Below, one piece after another: positions 14,160-25,022 of a DNA stretch of 64,000 nt; position 1 is the stretch's first letter; every line of letters starts with the position of its first letter. A model generated the notes under the pieces. It searched no databases and was not told the DNA's origin. It worked only from the letters and a program-made list of their open reading frames with translations. Source of the stretch: Heptranchias perlo (taxonomy: Eukaryota); contig NC_090340.1 in the NCBI RefSeq assembly GCF_035084215.1, positions 5,952,001 through 6,016,000 of the forward strand. The letters are read 5' to 3'. The position numbers and the translations under genes were made by a program.

Positions 14160-15330
14160 ATGCTTTGTTCCACCCCTCTCACCTTTCCTTTAAAACTTTC
14201 CTTCTCTACCAATCACCCAAGACTTACCTCGAGTTTCACACTGAAGTATCCTCCCTCCTTACCTCCCTCGCCGTCTGCACTGAGCGACTGCTCTTCCTGC
14301 TGATTTCAAACTCCATCTAAACTCACCTTGCCCTCTATCCTATGACTTCACTGCCCTCCTATCCTCTCTTAAACTCTCCCTCCATAAACTGTCCTATGCG
14401 TATTCACGGCCATCCCCTCGACTTTGCCATTTCACGAGGCCTCCTTAGTCCCAATGTCTCAAGGAAATACAAGGCAATTTCTGATCATCTCCTTATATCC
14501 CTCACCACTCGTCCGCTACAACCCGAACCCCACTTCCTTCTGTATCTATCTGCGTAAAAAAACTCTCCCCAAGTCACTTACAACAGCACATTCAAATTCC
14601 AACTGCCGAGCCTTTGGTCCTCCATTTGCCACGATACCTCTGCTGCTGTCGATGTTCTCAATCACCCACACAGCTCCGTCTATGACGCCTTTGTCCCCAA
14701 TGGAACCCTTACTCTTTTACATCCTGTTAGTTCCCCCTGGTGCGGCCCCCATCTTCGCTACCTCAAGCCAAAAGGGTTTGACTTCAACGTTTCTGGTGAA
14801 CAATTAGTTTAGCCATTCATCATCAGATCTGGCTGGAAAACAACAAGCACTATTGGGCACTGCTCTCCTGTGCCAAAGCTGCTCACTACTTCTAGATCAT
14901 CCTAGAATGGAAATATAACCCCCGCTTCTCTTCTCCACTACCGGCCATCTCCGAGAAACAATCTCCCCTGCCCCTCAAACACCTTCGTTTCCAACAAGTG
15001 TCAGGAACTCATGGACTTTTTGGTCAGTGAGATTTAGACTGTCCATTTAGCTGCCTCTGATGCATAACTACCTTCCCAGAACTCACCAAGTCAACTTTCC
15101 CACAAGTTTCCCCCTACCCTAGCCCTGAACCAACGTCTTTCTCTAGTTTATATCCTATCTCCCGTCATGACATCTCCAAGCTCATCTTATCTATGAGACC
15201 CACCTTCTGCTCTCTCGACCTTATTCCCATTAAACAGCTGACCATCCAACTTCCTTTCCTGAGCTTCATGCGAGATGACATTGTATATTGATCACTTTTC
15301 TGTGGTACTGTGCGCCCTCGCTTTCAAAAC
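14160..15330 (+). mobile_element. L2 LINE fragment (endonuclease/linker region)
   Basis: HGHPLDFAISRG..ISDHLLIS; nucleotide similarity to the 4330-4870 part of the other L2. Confidence 0.8.
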
Positions 15331-16201
15331 TGCATTCAGTCTGAATTGTTCCAATTTACCGAGGTATCTATGATTTTATGGTGTCCTGGGTGTCCTGACT
15401 ATCTTCTCACCTCCTGACAAACTCTGAATCCAGTCATCAGCGCCAAGAAGTCGAACCTTCGAAAAAGTTAACAAATGGGGACTAAATCTTGAGAACCATT
15501 TTTTATCATTACTGTTTAGACTGAATTTCATAACTTCTATGAATGCGGCTGGTGTCCAGAGAGCCCATCAATTTCAACAACCAAGTTCTGTTGAATGTCA
15601 GGAGTATTTTCTCCAGTCGGTGTGTACCTGCATCGGTACAAAGGGATTCGTGTAATCAAAAATGCAATTTTCTGCCGATTTTCCGCTCCATAACGCCGGG
15701 ATTTTGGGTCAATTGTAGCGAACGATCCAAGCTCAGGTCAGCCAACTCAGAACAGAGTCGGGTTCGAACCTGCGAACTTCAGCTCTGTGTGGTTCAGTGC
15801 TTCACCACGCGATAAATGGGGACGGAGCGAAAGAGCCAGATACAGACCGCATTCACGACACCTGCACATACGTATGTGCAACAGGTTTGTCTGCGATCTG
15901 TTCAGTGAAGAGCTGTTGCAATTAGATACTTTTCACGTAATGCAAAATAGTTCCATTTTCCCGTGGTCACCAATGAGATCTGGGTCATTGTAACTTTCAG
16001 TGTGTTGTCATATCTACGTGCACATATCTGCCATAAAAGTGAACCAGTTCATTGAAGCTATTGCCTCAGATAACTTGTGGAGCGCCTGACTGTAACACTC
16101 AGTCCCAGATTATCTTCACCATCTCTCGATGTCCTGCACCCTTCAGTGTTTCCCGCTGACTTACAGCAAGCAAGTGATCGACTTCATCGCTGTTGCTCAG
16201 A

Positions 16202-16256
16202 ATGTCTATACGTGATGTTTTGCGATACCTCTCAGCTGTGGCCATTATTTGCACAG
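16202..16256 (+). CDS. Exon 1 (signal peptide) of VJ-C1-TM Ig-superfamily receptor
   Basis: ATG at 16202 reads MSIRDVLRYLSAVAIICT then G|gtttat (phase-1 donor, somewhat weak); lies 191 nt upstream of the V exon and splices in frame. Confidence 0.7.
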
Positions 16257-16447
16257 GTTTATTTATGTATACCTATCTGTTAAGTGGGAAAATGTGAATA
16301 AAAAGTCCATTAGCAGTATGGTGGCAGCTTCTGCTCAATGTTTATTGCAATTTTCTCATTTCCTTTCGTTCTACTTCTGTCACATTATTTCCTCCCTTTT
16401 GATCCCCACGATCACTATCCCTGACTATAACCTGTGTTTGTGTTTAG

Positions 16448-16777
16448 TTCTGACAGTTATTAATGGGACCGCTCTCACAGTGACTCAGCTCCCTGCCCGC
16501 CTGACTCCGGTGAAAGGCACAAATGTCTCCATGTATTGCTCTGTGCCCCGCTTCGATCACAACGCAATGGTGGATGTTTACTGGCGGAGATCCGGCCAGG
16601 ACGGGATTTTGGATTCGAGTGCAGACAAAAGGAAAACATTTAAACCATTGAAGAAAGGATCTGCCGAGTTTCACCTGCTGAATGTAGGTTTCCAGGACTC
16701 TGGAATCTATTATTGCAGCATGAGAGATTGGAGAGGAAAGATTTCCAACGGGAATGGGACTGAGCTTATTGTACATG
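16448..16777 (+). CDS. Exon 2: V-set Ig domain with germline-joined J-like strand
   Basis: Acceptor tttag| (an in-frame alternative gacag| gives 16457). Reads LTVTQ..NVSMYC..VYWRR..FHLLNVGFQDSGIYYC..GNGTELIVH; donor G|gtgagt, phase 1. Confidence 0.92.
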
Positions 16778-17284
16778 GTGAGTATCGCTGAGGGTTAATG
16801 AACCTTCGTAAAATTCTATGAGTGTAGATTAGGGAATATTTAACAAAGATCAGCAATGATGCGTTTTCTGACAGGACTTTTGATGTTTCTCTCAGTTCGG
16901 TTCGGTGCGGCTCCTTTCCCCCTATTTGCAGTGAATCCTGTCAGTTTACACAGAGCAGCACCTCTTACCCTGCACGAGGCAGTGGAATTCAGATTGTCTC
17001 ACTTCAGTCAATCGTTGTTCCCTTATCCCCTTTTACCGACATTCCGGAGTCCATGGACTTTTCCCGAGGGCCTGGTGATTCAAACCTGGGATACAAGAGT
17101 GACATTGTCAGTAACTGTTAGTAAATAGATACAAGTATCACACAGAGACAGGGGAATAGGAATGAGGGGAGCAGAGCAAATCCAGGAGCGAACCATGAAA
17201 TAATCAACCGGACAGAGAGGAGTGACAGGGTAACGCTGAATAAAATTGTACTGCATAAAATTCTAGATTGTACGTCCACTAACG

Positions 17285-17510
17285 TTAGATTATATTTACA
17301 CCTATAGATGAATTTACACGCATAGATTTATTTACACTGATTATAAATTTCACTTACACGGATAGATTTATTTACACAGATTATAGAATACAGTTACACT
17401 GAAATGCATTTACACTGATTATAGGTTTCACTTACACGGATAGTTTTATTTACACTGATTATGGAATTCAGTTACACTGATAGATTTATTTATAGTGATT
17501 ATAGATTTTA
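17285..17510. repeat. AT-rich degenerate minisatellite (ATAGATTTATTTACACTGATT-like) in the V-C1 intron
   Basis: About ten 21-22 bp units visible. Confidence 0.8.
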
Positions 17511-18226
17511 CTCCGGGAATGTAATCCTGTAATCATGTAGGACTAGGCTGGACTTCTGATGTCCACTTGAGGCACTTTATCCAAACTGTGGATTTGTTCC
17601 AAATACAATAGAGCTGGTTAGTAAAAAGCTCCACCTTTAAAATTGATAATTTTGAAATCGACACCAGAGGGTAAGAGGCGAGATTATAATTGAGAATCTG
17701 AAGAAGGGAGAATGGGGTTTTCAAACATTGGATAAGGAACATTTCCATAAAATAGATGTAAATCCATACCGCGCGGCCCATGCATGGATCATCTCCTGTC
17801 CCAATTCAGTCTGTGTCTCGAGTAGTATCTCGGCGGGAAAGCCGAGTGTATTTCCCATGGATCCCAGTGTCAGTGTGGGAATCATGTTTGAAATGAGGGA
17901 TGGAGCAGGTGGTTCGGAGGACAAGTTCGTGACACGAGATCACCTAAGGAAAAGGAGTTAACAAACGCGAGTAACCATCTGAGATGAGAGGGGTCTGCAA
18001 TTAAAAGATGGAAATATCTTCCGCTCCCTTTGATGTGGGGGGTGGGGTGTTTACTGGAAAATACCAGTTGCTGGGATGCTGTTTATCATGTAGTTGGATT
18101 GGAATGACCAAAAAAACTAAAGTTCTCACAAGCGGTCTATGGTCTGGGGGTCATTCTCAAAATGTAAAACTCCTCAATTAAAAGAGAGAAGAAAATGTCA
18201 AAGGGAATAAAAAGAGACAAAAGGCA

Positions 18227-18360
18227 GATCTTGACTTTGTGCGATTGTGTAAAACGGTTGATGGCGAGTCGGCCGCCATGGAAATCAAAATGGGGAGAGG
18301 TGTAAAGCGGGCTGCCGATTCGCTATCACCACTTTCAGACTATGGCACAAAGTCAAGATC
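18227..18360. mobile_element. MITE-like palindromic element (relatives near 19471-19616, 20480-20630, 55914-55990, 57410-57491)
   Basis: Perfect 16-bp terminal inverted repeat GATCTTGACTTTGTGC / GCACAAAGTCAAGATC with extended imperfect pairing. Confidence 0.75.
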
Positions 18361-20038
18361 AACCTCAAGAAGCGGGTCTGTGGGAGGATTGGGATGAGCA
18401 ATATCTGATACGGTTACATGCGGTGGACCCTGATCCGTCCCACAGGGGTCTGTACTGGACCAGTAGACCCAGTAGAAATACACTTTAATTCTGATCATTT
18501 ATTATTCAAACAGCCTCCACAGGAGACGAGCCTATTGGGATAATGGAATTCAGAGTGGGGTTGCATTATAATTTTCCCATTAACAAACCGTTGACTAGCC
18601 CACAGCCGAGGAGTCAGTGTCAGTGTGAGTGTTCCTTTAGAGAAAGACCATTAATTCTAAGGAGAAAATGCAAAGCGAATTCAGTGACATGATCCGAGGG
18701 ATGAGAGAAGATGATTATCCACTGATCTGTTTAGGAGAAACAATGGGTCATAAAATTAGAATCAGATCTAGAAACAGAAAGGTGAAGGGAGAAGATTCAT
18801 CTTCACTCCACGGTTGATTAGAGTATGGAATTGATCGGCGCACGAGGCTACCGAAGAGAATCAAAGACAAGGTTTCGGGGAGAATTCGACCAACAGTTGA
18901 AGAAAAATGCATGGAGAAAGGCAAGGGAAAGGATTGGGGTAGGGGGCTGGGAGCTGGACTGTGGCGGCCCGGGCACGTTGCCTCCAACTGTGCTTAACTT
19001 TCTATGAATTCACTCGAAAACAAGGAGGATAAACGAGACAGGCAATCCGAGCGAGGCGGGGCTTCGGGGGTACCCAGCTTATCCCGATCAAGATATGGGT
19101 TAAACATAGGCCATTTCACAGGGTCAGATTTCTGCCCACAATCCCGCCCCTCAAGGCTCCCAGTCGGGAGCGCAGTCTCCCTGAATTGACTTGTTCCCAA
19201 AGATGTCATTGAAACGGATCTCTGTTAGAGCAGAATCGCCGCCTTATCCGTCATATTTGTGAGCTGGTTATTTTGATATGATTTGGCCGCCACATCGATC
19301 TGCACATTGTACCTGAACAAGAGCGAAGTGTTGAAGTCATTCATGCAGATCGACTGCCGGCGTCAGGACCTGATTATCTCGGAAATGAACCGAGTGGGTG
19401 AGCTCTGGTATCGGACAGCCTCACCGCTGTTAGACACTGACAACAATTCCAAGACTGGAACGGAGACAATGGGTGATAGCGAATCGGCAGCCTGTTTTAC
19501 ATCTCTTCCGATTTTTATTTGCATTGAAGTCAGTGGAATGAAAAATCGGGAAATTTAAACGGGAAGTGGATTCGCTATCACCCGTTTTACACAATCACAC
19601 GGTCAAAATCTACTCCAATTACTTTTCGTATTGTTCGATTCAGTTAACACGCAGTCTGTGAACCTATATTAGTGAAGGTAATGTCTCCCTGTTAGTGACT
19701 CTGAAACCTATTTAAAACCGAATGTGTAAGTCACAGTGAATCACCTGCAGAAATAGGCACGGGTTCTGTTCAACTTGGACATTAACTTTCAATGCCCAGA
19801 CATGGGGGCCTTCCCGTTGACCGAGTCCTGGATCAAGACAAGAACGAATTAAATATCACTATTCACTGTTTTGATCAAAACAGCCGTTCGTTATGCATTC
19901 TAATATGGCGGTGTAATTTCCCTCTAAAAGGGACTCTGCAGATGCTCCATGCTCTCCCTTCTCGCCCTCTGTTCTTTCCTTTCTCTAATATAATATACGA
20001 GTAGTGATTTCAACTCAATTCCTTTAACTCCTTTCCAG

Positions 20039-20320
20039 TGCCGCCAACTCCTGTGAAGATTACCCGCCTGCTCTCTCCGTCTCTCACACTCCTCTGTACA
20101 ACGGCTGCTTTTTTCCCCGAGGAGTTTAACCTCACTTGGTATCAAAATGGCTCCGAAATTAAATCTGGGATAAACACGGTGCAGACACGGAGCGAAGAGG
20201 GATTGTATCAAGTTTTCAGCTCCCTCATCTCTGTGCAGAGTGGGACGGTTTATATCTGCCGGGTGTCCCATGCCTCTCTCCCGGCTCCAGCTGACGACAG
20301 CTACACGGTTCGTGATCCGG
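20039..20320 (+). CDS. Exon 3: C1-set Ig constant domain
   Basis: Polypyrimidine tract plus ttccag| acceptor. Reads PPTPVKI..LTLLCTTAAFFPEEFNLTWYQNG..GLYQVFSSL..YICRVSHASL (CxxxxFFP, W, YxCxVxH); donor G|gtaag, phase 1. Confidence 0.92.
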
Positions 20321-22611
20321 GTAAGAGACCCACATTCTCAGCACTGGAATAAACTGTATCTGTGTTACATATAGGAGCCATTCAGGGACTTTCTGTCACC
20401 ACTAATCCACGCCTGAACATTCTCAATGCAGTCAGTGTGTATGGGGTGACTGTGCTCATTGCAATTTCAAAAAGCTTTCGATCTTGACTTTGGAGATATG
20501 TAACCGACGTCTGAATCCATATCGCCCCATTTATACTATCACCCAAGGTCAAAATTAGCCCCGGTCAGTCTGCCGAAAATCGGGTATAACAGGCGGCAGA
20601 TGCGCTACCGCCCAAAATTGAATTTGACCCCATTATCTCCTCTGTACTTTCCTGCTCAAAGCCTGGTCTGGCTCTCCACCCGACCATTGCTACAGCCGGC
20701 CCCTGGCGAGCCCTCGTTCCGCTGCTCATAGCCCTAGTCTAGCTGTCCATTAACCCTTCCCCCTTCGGGCATCTGTCTGGTCTCCACCTCTCGTGGCTAG
20801 TGGCCTGCACTTTCTCTCTGCCCCCATTTCCTCACTGCCCTCTCTCCCTACCCATTCCTCTCCACTTCCTCCCCAGTTCATCTTAATGCCCTCTTGGTCC
20901 CGTCAAATATCACCTGCTTCCCTTTCTAAGCCGCCCCCCACCCCCGCACACACACACTCCTTCTCCTCCTCCTCCGCATCTCTTCTCTCTCTCCTCGGCC
21001 CAACATCTTCCATCCATTATTCCCACCCTTCATTCCGGTAGTCTATCCCAGTTCTACCTCCCCTCTTCCCACTCCGCCGTCCCCTTTGGCTTCCTCTGGA
21101 CTCCATGGTCGCCGCCTTCCCTCACCTCGGCCCAGTTACCACCTGCTATATATTTCAGTTCAACGGAGGACTACATTTAGTTTTCACTCCCCCTGTGAAA
21201 CACCAGGAGATTGCGACTAGTACTAATATAGTGGGTAGCATTTCCACGGGTCTCCCGATATTCGGCGGAAGATCCGCAAAACCCTGGAGATAGGGCGTGA
21301 GCAGCTTTAATTATATCGCTCAGAATCAATAAGCATTTATTTGTTATGTAAAAAGAAACTTAAAAATGTATGGCGTACAGAATAACTGAACAATATCTTG
21401 GTCGAATCATTTCCTGCTAAAAACCTTACTTCACCCGAAGTGCGGGATTTGGGGGGGTGGGGGGGACTTTGAGGGGTTTCTTCCCATTGACGTTGGATCA
21501 GCGAAACAGCAGTTCGGTAACTCGAGAAAAAAAGGCATAAATGCCGTTTACTCCCTTTCCAGTGTTTCTGAAGCGTTTCCGCTAAAGTTACGGCGAACTT
21601 ACGGGAGAAGCTCGCGTGGAAATTCACCCCCTCGGTCTTTACTTCATCGCGCAAAGCCATCGGATATTATCCACTAATATTATATCAATAACGATCCGTC
21701 CTGGGACCAAAGGCCCGAAATCACTGTTGACGATACCATCAGTCAAAAGCTAAACGCCTTTACATCATGTTTTGGCCGCTAGTTAGTGGGAGTGTTCATC
21801 CGTTTATAATAAACCCCTCAACAGCTGTATTAAAACAGTGAGGAACATCGGACAGACACAATGAGACATCGGAATTGTCTATATTTATATATTCACCAAT
21901 AGTAACGTTGAAGCAAAACATGTCCAGTGACAGAAGAGAGAAGTTGAAATAAGTTTCAAGAAATAAGAATATTATTTGGCTGATACATGATCAGAAGGTT
22001 CATGATTGGCATCCGAATTGTTTTCTGCTCAGCTCACTGTGGTACAATCCCTCGTGTGAAGTAATGAAGAAAGCAAAATATGTTCAGACATCAATAAAAT
22101 CGACTCCAGAATGCAAGTAATAAAAATCAACAAATGAAATTTTCCGTTGAAGCAAATATCAGACACACTGGCCCAGAAAATAAATACCCTGCACCGGGTA
22201 CAGTCCACCCGGATTGTCACGACAGCACTGACTCTAAGGTTTCAGAGCGTGCGAGCAGGTATGGAGATCGTCAGTCCCAATATTCAGGACTAAATCAATC
22301 ATAGCGCCGTCATAAATTGGATCAATTCCAACTGAATGGACAGCAGGCAGACAGGAAGTGATGTCAGTGGAGTGATGTAGCGAAAACTAGTTGTTGACCC
22401 CGCTCTCCGACAGTGTAATCTGCAGAGGGGATGGGGGCTCAGAGAGAAGACCCGAGAAGTCACTTGTGCTGCGGACATTAAAGCTGTTTGTCTGTACATC
22501 GATTTCAGTGTTTGGTATATGCCTGTGATATAATCTCACTGGGGCTCAGGTACTGCAGTAAATCCTCAAAAACACAGTCCTTGAAACGAACACACCCACT
22601 GTCATCAGTGA

Positions 22612-23150
22612 GCACTCTCTCTCTCTCCCTCTCCCTCTTTCTCTCTCTGCTTCGCTNNNNNNNNNNNNNNNNNNNNNNNNNNNNNNNNNNNNNNNNNNNN
22701 NNNNNNNNNNNNNNNNNNNNNNNNNNNNNNNNNNNNNNNNNNNNNNNNNNNNNNNNNNNNNNNNNNNNNNNNNNNNNNNNNNNNNNNNNNNNNNNNNNNN
22801 NNNNNNNNNNNNNNNNNNNNNNNNNNCTTTTTGCATCTCAGTCGCTCTCTCTCTCTCTCATTCTCTATGTATGTATATATATATATACATGTCTCTCTAC
22901 CCGTGTCTGTCTCTTTGTCTCTATCTATCTATTATCCCTGTCCCTCTCACTGTCCATCTCTCTCTCTCTGACTGTCTGTCGCTCTCTGTCTGTTTCTATT
23001 TATCTATTTCTCCCTCTCTCTCTCTCTCTGTCTGTCCGTCTGTGTGTCTGACTCTATCTATCCATTTTCCCTCTCTCTCTGTTAATCTATTTATCTCTCT
23101 CTCTCTCTATCTATTTATCTATTTCTCCCTCTCGGTCTCTTTCTTTTTAA
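22612..23150. repeat. CT-rich simple repeat containing a 170-N assembly gap (22657-22826)
   Basis: Directly visible. Confidence 0.95.
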
Positions 23151-23206
23151 CTCTACTGTTTTTTCACTAAACTCCTTTAATTGTCCTTTCTGTATCTGCC
23201 CACCAG

Positions 23207-23319
23207 CCTCCACAGACCGATTCCCAACCTTGAACTTCTGCCGTTTCCTGTTGGGGTTAATGGTGATTCTACTGGGAACCACCATCATTGTCGACCATTT
23301 GAAATCAGTCCCCTTTTAA
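23207..23319 (+). CDS. Exon 4: stalk, Arg-containing transmembrane helix and short tail, ending in stop
   Basis: Acceptor ccag|, phase 1, reads ASTDRFPTLNFCRFLLGLMVILLGTTIIVDHLKSVPF*. The four exons total 780 nt = 259 aa plus stop with no frameshift. Confidence 0.8.
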
Positions 23320-23539
23320 AGGTAAGATATTGATTTCTTGATTCAGATAATTTCCGTGGAATTATAGTAATCAAACACAGGAAACAAAATAATAGAATCC
23401 TTATTTTGCGACTTTAGATGTCTGGGTCGATTGTTTGCCTGGACATTGGCTGCCATTCATTCATCTTCACTTTCTTATCTATCCGAGTGTTCACAGCAAG
23501 AAAGGTAAACCATTTTACAGGGTGTAAAAGTGCCACTCA

Positions 23540-25022
23540 GAGTTATACATACACCCATCTCTCACTCACTCTTACTTTACACCGCCATCTCTCACTCATT
23601 ATTACTTCACACACACATATTTCACTCACTGTTACTTACACAACCATCGCTCACTCACTGCTACTCACATAGATCCCTCGCTCAATTGGTACTCACACAC
23701 CTATCTCTCATTCACTGTTACTCGCACACCCATTACTCACTAAATTGTTGCTCACACATCAATCTCTCACTCACACACATCTACATAAGAACATAAGAAA
23801 TCGGAGCAGGTGTAGGCCATACGGCCCCTCGAGCCTGCTCCATCATTCAATCAAATCATGGCTGATCTTCGACCTCAACTCCACTTTCCCGCCCAATCCC
23901 CATATCCATTGATTCCCCTAGAGTCCAGAAATCTATCCATCTCAGCCTTCAATGACTCAGCATCCACAGCCTTCTGGGGTAAAGAATTCCAAAGATTCAC
24001 AACCCTCTGAGTGAAGAAATTCCTCCTCATCTCAATCTTGGATGGCTGCCCCTTTATCCTGCGACAATGCCCCATCATAATCATACACGCATCTCGTACT
24101 CACTGTTACTCACATACCCTTCTCTCACTCTCTGTGACTCACACACTCATCTCTCAATCACTGCTACTCACACAGGCATCTCTCACTCACTGTTACTCAC
24201 ACAGACATCTATCTCTGACAGTTACTCACACGTCCATTTCTCACTCAGTGTTACTCACACATCTATCTCTCACTCACACACCCATTTCTCACTCATTGTT
24301 ACTCACACACATCTCTCACCCACTGTTAATCACACACATCTCTCACTCAGTTGTTACTCACACACCCATTGCTCACTCACTGTTACTCACTAACCGATCT
24401 CTCACTCACTGTTACTTGCAGACACATCCCTCACTCACCGTCACACACCCATTGCTCACTCACTGTTACTCACTAACCGATCTCTCACTCACTGTTACTT
24501 GCAGACACATCCCTCACTCACCGTCACACACCAATTGCTCACTCACTGTTACACACATCTCTCACTCACTGTTACACACACACATCTCTCACTCAATTGT
24601 TACTCATACACATTTCTCACTCAATTTTACTCACACACCCAATGCCCACTCACTGTTACTCACCAAACTATCTGTCATTCACACACCCATCTCTCACTCA
24701 CCGTTACTCACACATCCATTGCTCACTCACTGTTACTCATACACCTATCTCTCACTCACTGTTAATTTACAAAGATATATCTCATTCACTGTTACTTTGC
24801 ACACACATTTTGCACTCACTGTTACTCATACAACCATCACTCACTCACTGGAACTCATATACATTTCTCACTCAATTCTTACTCACACCCTATCTCCCAG
24901 TTACACATTCATCTCTCACTCACTGTCACTCGCACACCCATCTCTCACTCATTGTTACTCACACAGGCATCTCTCTCTCACTGTTACAAACACAGTCACC
25001 TTTCACTGGCAGTTACACACAC
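23540..25022. repeat. Degenerate ~30-bp tandem array (CACCCATCTCTCACTCACTGTTACTCACA-like)
   Basis: Directly visible; source of the His/Thr/Ser/Leu-rich spurious ORFs. Confidence 0.92.
23784..24075 (-). mobile_element. CR1 3' fragment inserted in the tandem array
   Basis: CATAAGAACATAAGAA tail; RRNFFTQRVVNLWNSLPQKAV. Confidence 0.92.

Larger units (their letters stand above)
6640..15540 (-). repeat. Left arm of an old inverted duplication (interrupted by later TEs)
   Basis: Reverse-complement matches: 6690-6790/28645-28735, 7450-7810/26760-27090+28619-28640, 10010-10150/25370-25500, 11040-11400/23160-23550, 11430-11780/22340-22615, 15330-15540/21880-22340. Confidence 0.85.

Noticed and set aside
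16477-16483. CACAGTG heptamer in the V exon as a possible RSS
   Set aside because: It lies in the N-terminal coding strand (LTVTQ), has no nonamer at 12/23 spacing, and V and J are already fused.
17530-18000. Possible L1/Tx1-like endonuclease remnant in the V-C1 intron
   Set aside because: Similarity too faint to support without a profile search.
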